This document shows, in pieces, positions 63,838 to 64,000 of a stretch of 64,000 nt of DNA. How positions within the stretch are numbered: the first letter of the stretch is position 1; each line of letters opens with the position of its first letter. Position numbers and translations under genes: made by a program. Below the pieces are notes generated by a model. It had not been told where the DNA came from, did no database searches, and saw only the letters and a list, made by a program, of their open reading frames with translations. Source of the DNA: Gammaproteobacteria bacterium (GTDB lineage: Bacteria; Pseudomonadota; Gammaproteobacteria; Ga0077554; Ga007554); NCBI GenBank assembly GCA_040183005.1, contig JAMPIW010000007.1, positions 1,246,188 to 1,310,187 of the forward strand, read 5' to 3'.

Positions 63838-64000
63838 CTAAACAGCAAAAGGCAGGGGATTAAGGTAATGGCGCCCGCCCCGAGGGGTGCGCACATGCTC
63901 TACCAGTGCATTGTAATCCTTGTCGTTTTCTGCAAAATTGGCGGTAGCGGCGTTGACGATCAGGAGCGGCGCGGCGGCATAGTTGTGGAAAAACCGCGCA
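63838..64000 (-). CDS. 3' end of an unidentified gene running off the window edge
   Basis: The reverse strand is open into the window end and terminates at TAG (63838-63840). The tail reads ...[42 protein letters not shown]. Confidence 0.3.
   Translation of the reverse strand, partial: ARFFHNYAAAPLLIVNAATANFAENDKDYNALVEHVRTPRGGRHYLNPLPFAV

Overview
This is a ~64-kb GC-rich (~58%) chromosomal segment of a proteobacterium whose gene order looks betaproteobacterial. The synteny blocks are rne; exbB-exbD-msbA-lpxK-trm112-kdsB-ptp; purA-hisZ-DUF2065-hflC-hflK-hflX-hfq-miaA; tadA-guaA-guaB; xseA; ribF-ileS-lspA; murJ/rpsT; proB-purT-grxC; priA/proS; nadC/hda/AI-2E transporter/pgsA/DUF2066/purM-purN-DUF3108/dcd/apbC; and panB-panC-panD. 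Most of the window is core housekeeping genes. It contains one tRNA (Ser, anticodon CGA), no rRNA and no CRISPR array.

The unusual content is as follows.
1. An accessory patch at 1.1-7.1 kb holds a CWC-type Cys-rich small protein, an O-methyltransferase, an ATGA-coupled two-gene cassette of unknown function, an intact ISL3-family IS with a perfect 8-bp target duplication, and a YegD-like Hsp70-family ATPase.
2. A tandem triplication of small DUF2892-like membrane-protein genes lies at 26.2-27.8 kb, with conserved leader hairpins and a duplicated copy of the xseA 5' flank.
3. At least three families of short intergenic inverted-repeat (MITE/REP-like) elements are present. One family shows compensatory (covarying) stem changes between its two copies, and two elements supply the last codons or stop codon of lpxK and hda.
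4. An orphan fliK-like gene.
5. A divergent diheme cytochrome c / cytochrome c peroxidase pair with twin palindromic sites in the shared promoter region.
6. An unexplained ~0.5-kb non-coding region next to panD.

All calls rest on reading the translated ORFs and the DNA by eye; no database searches were possible.
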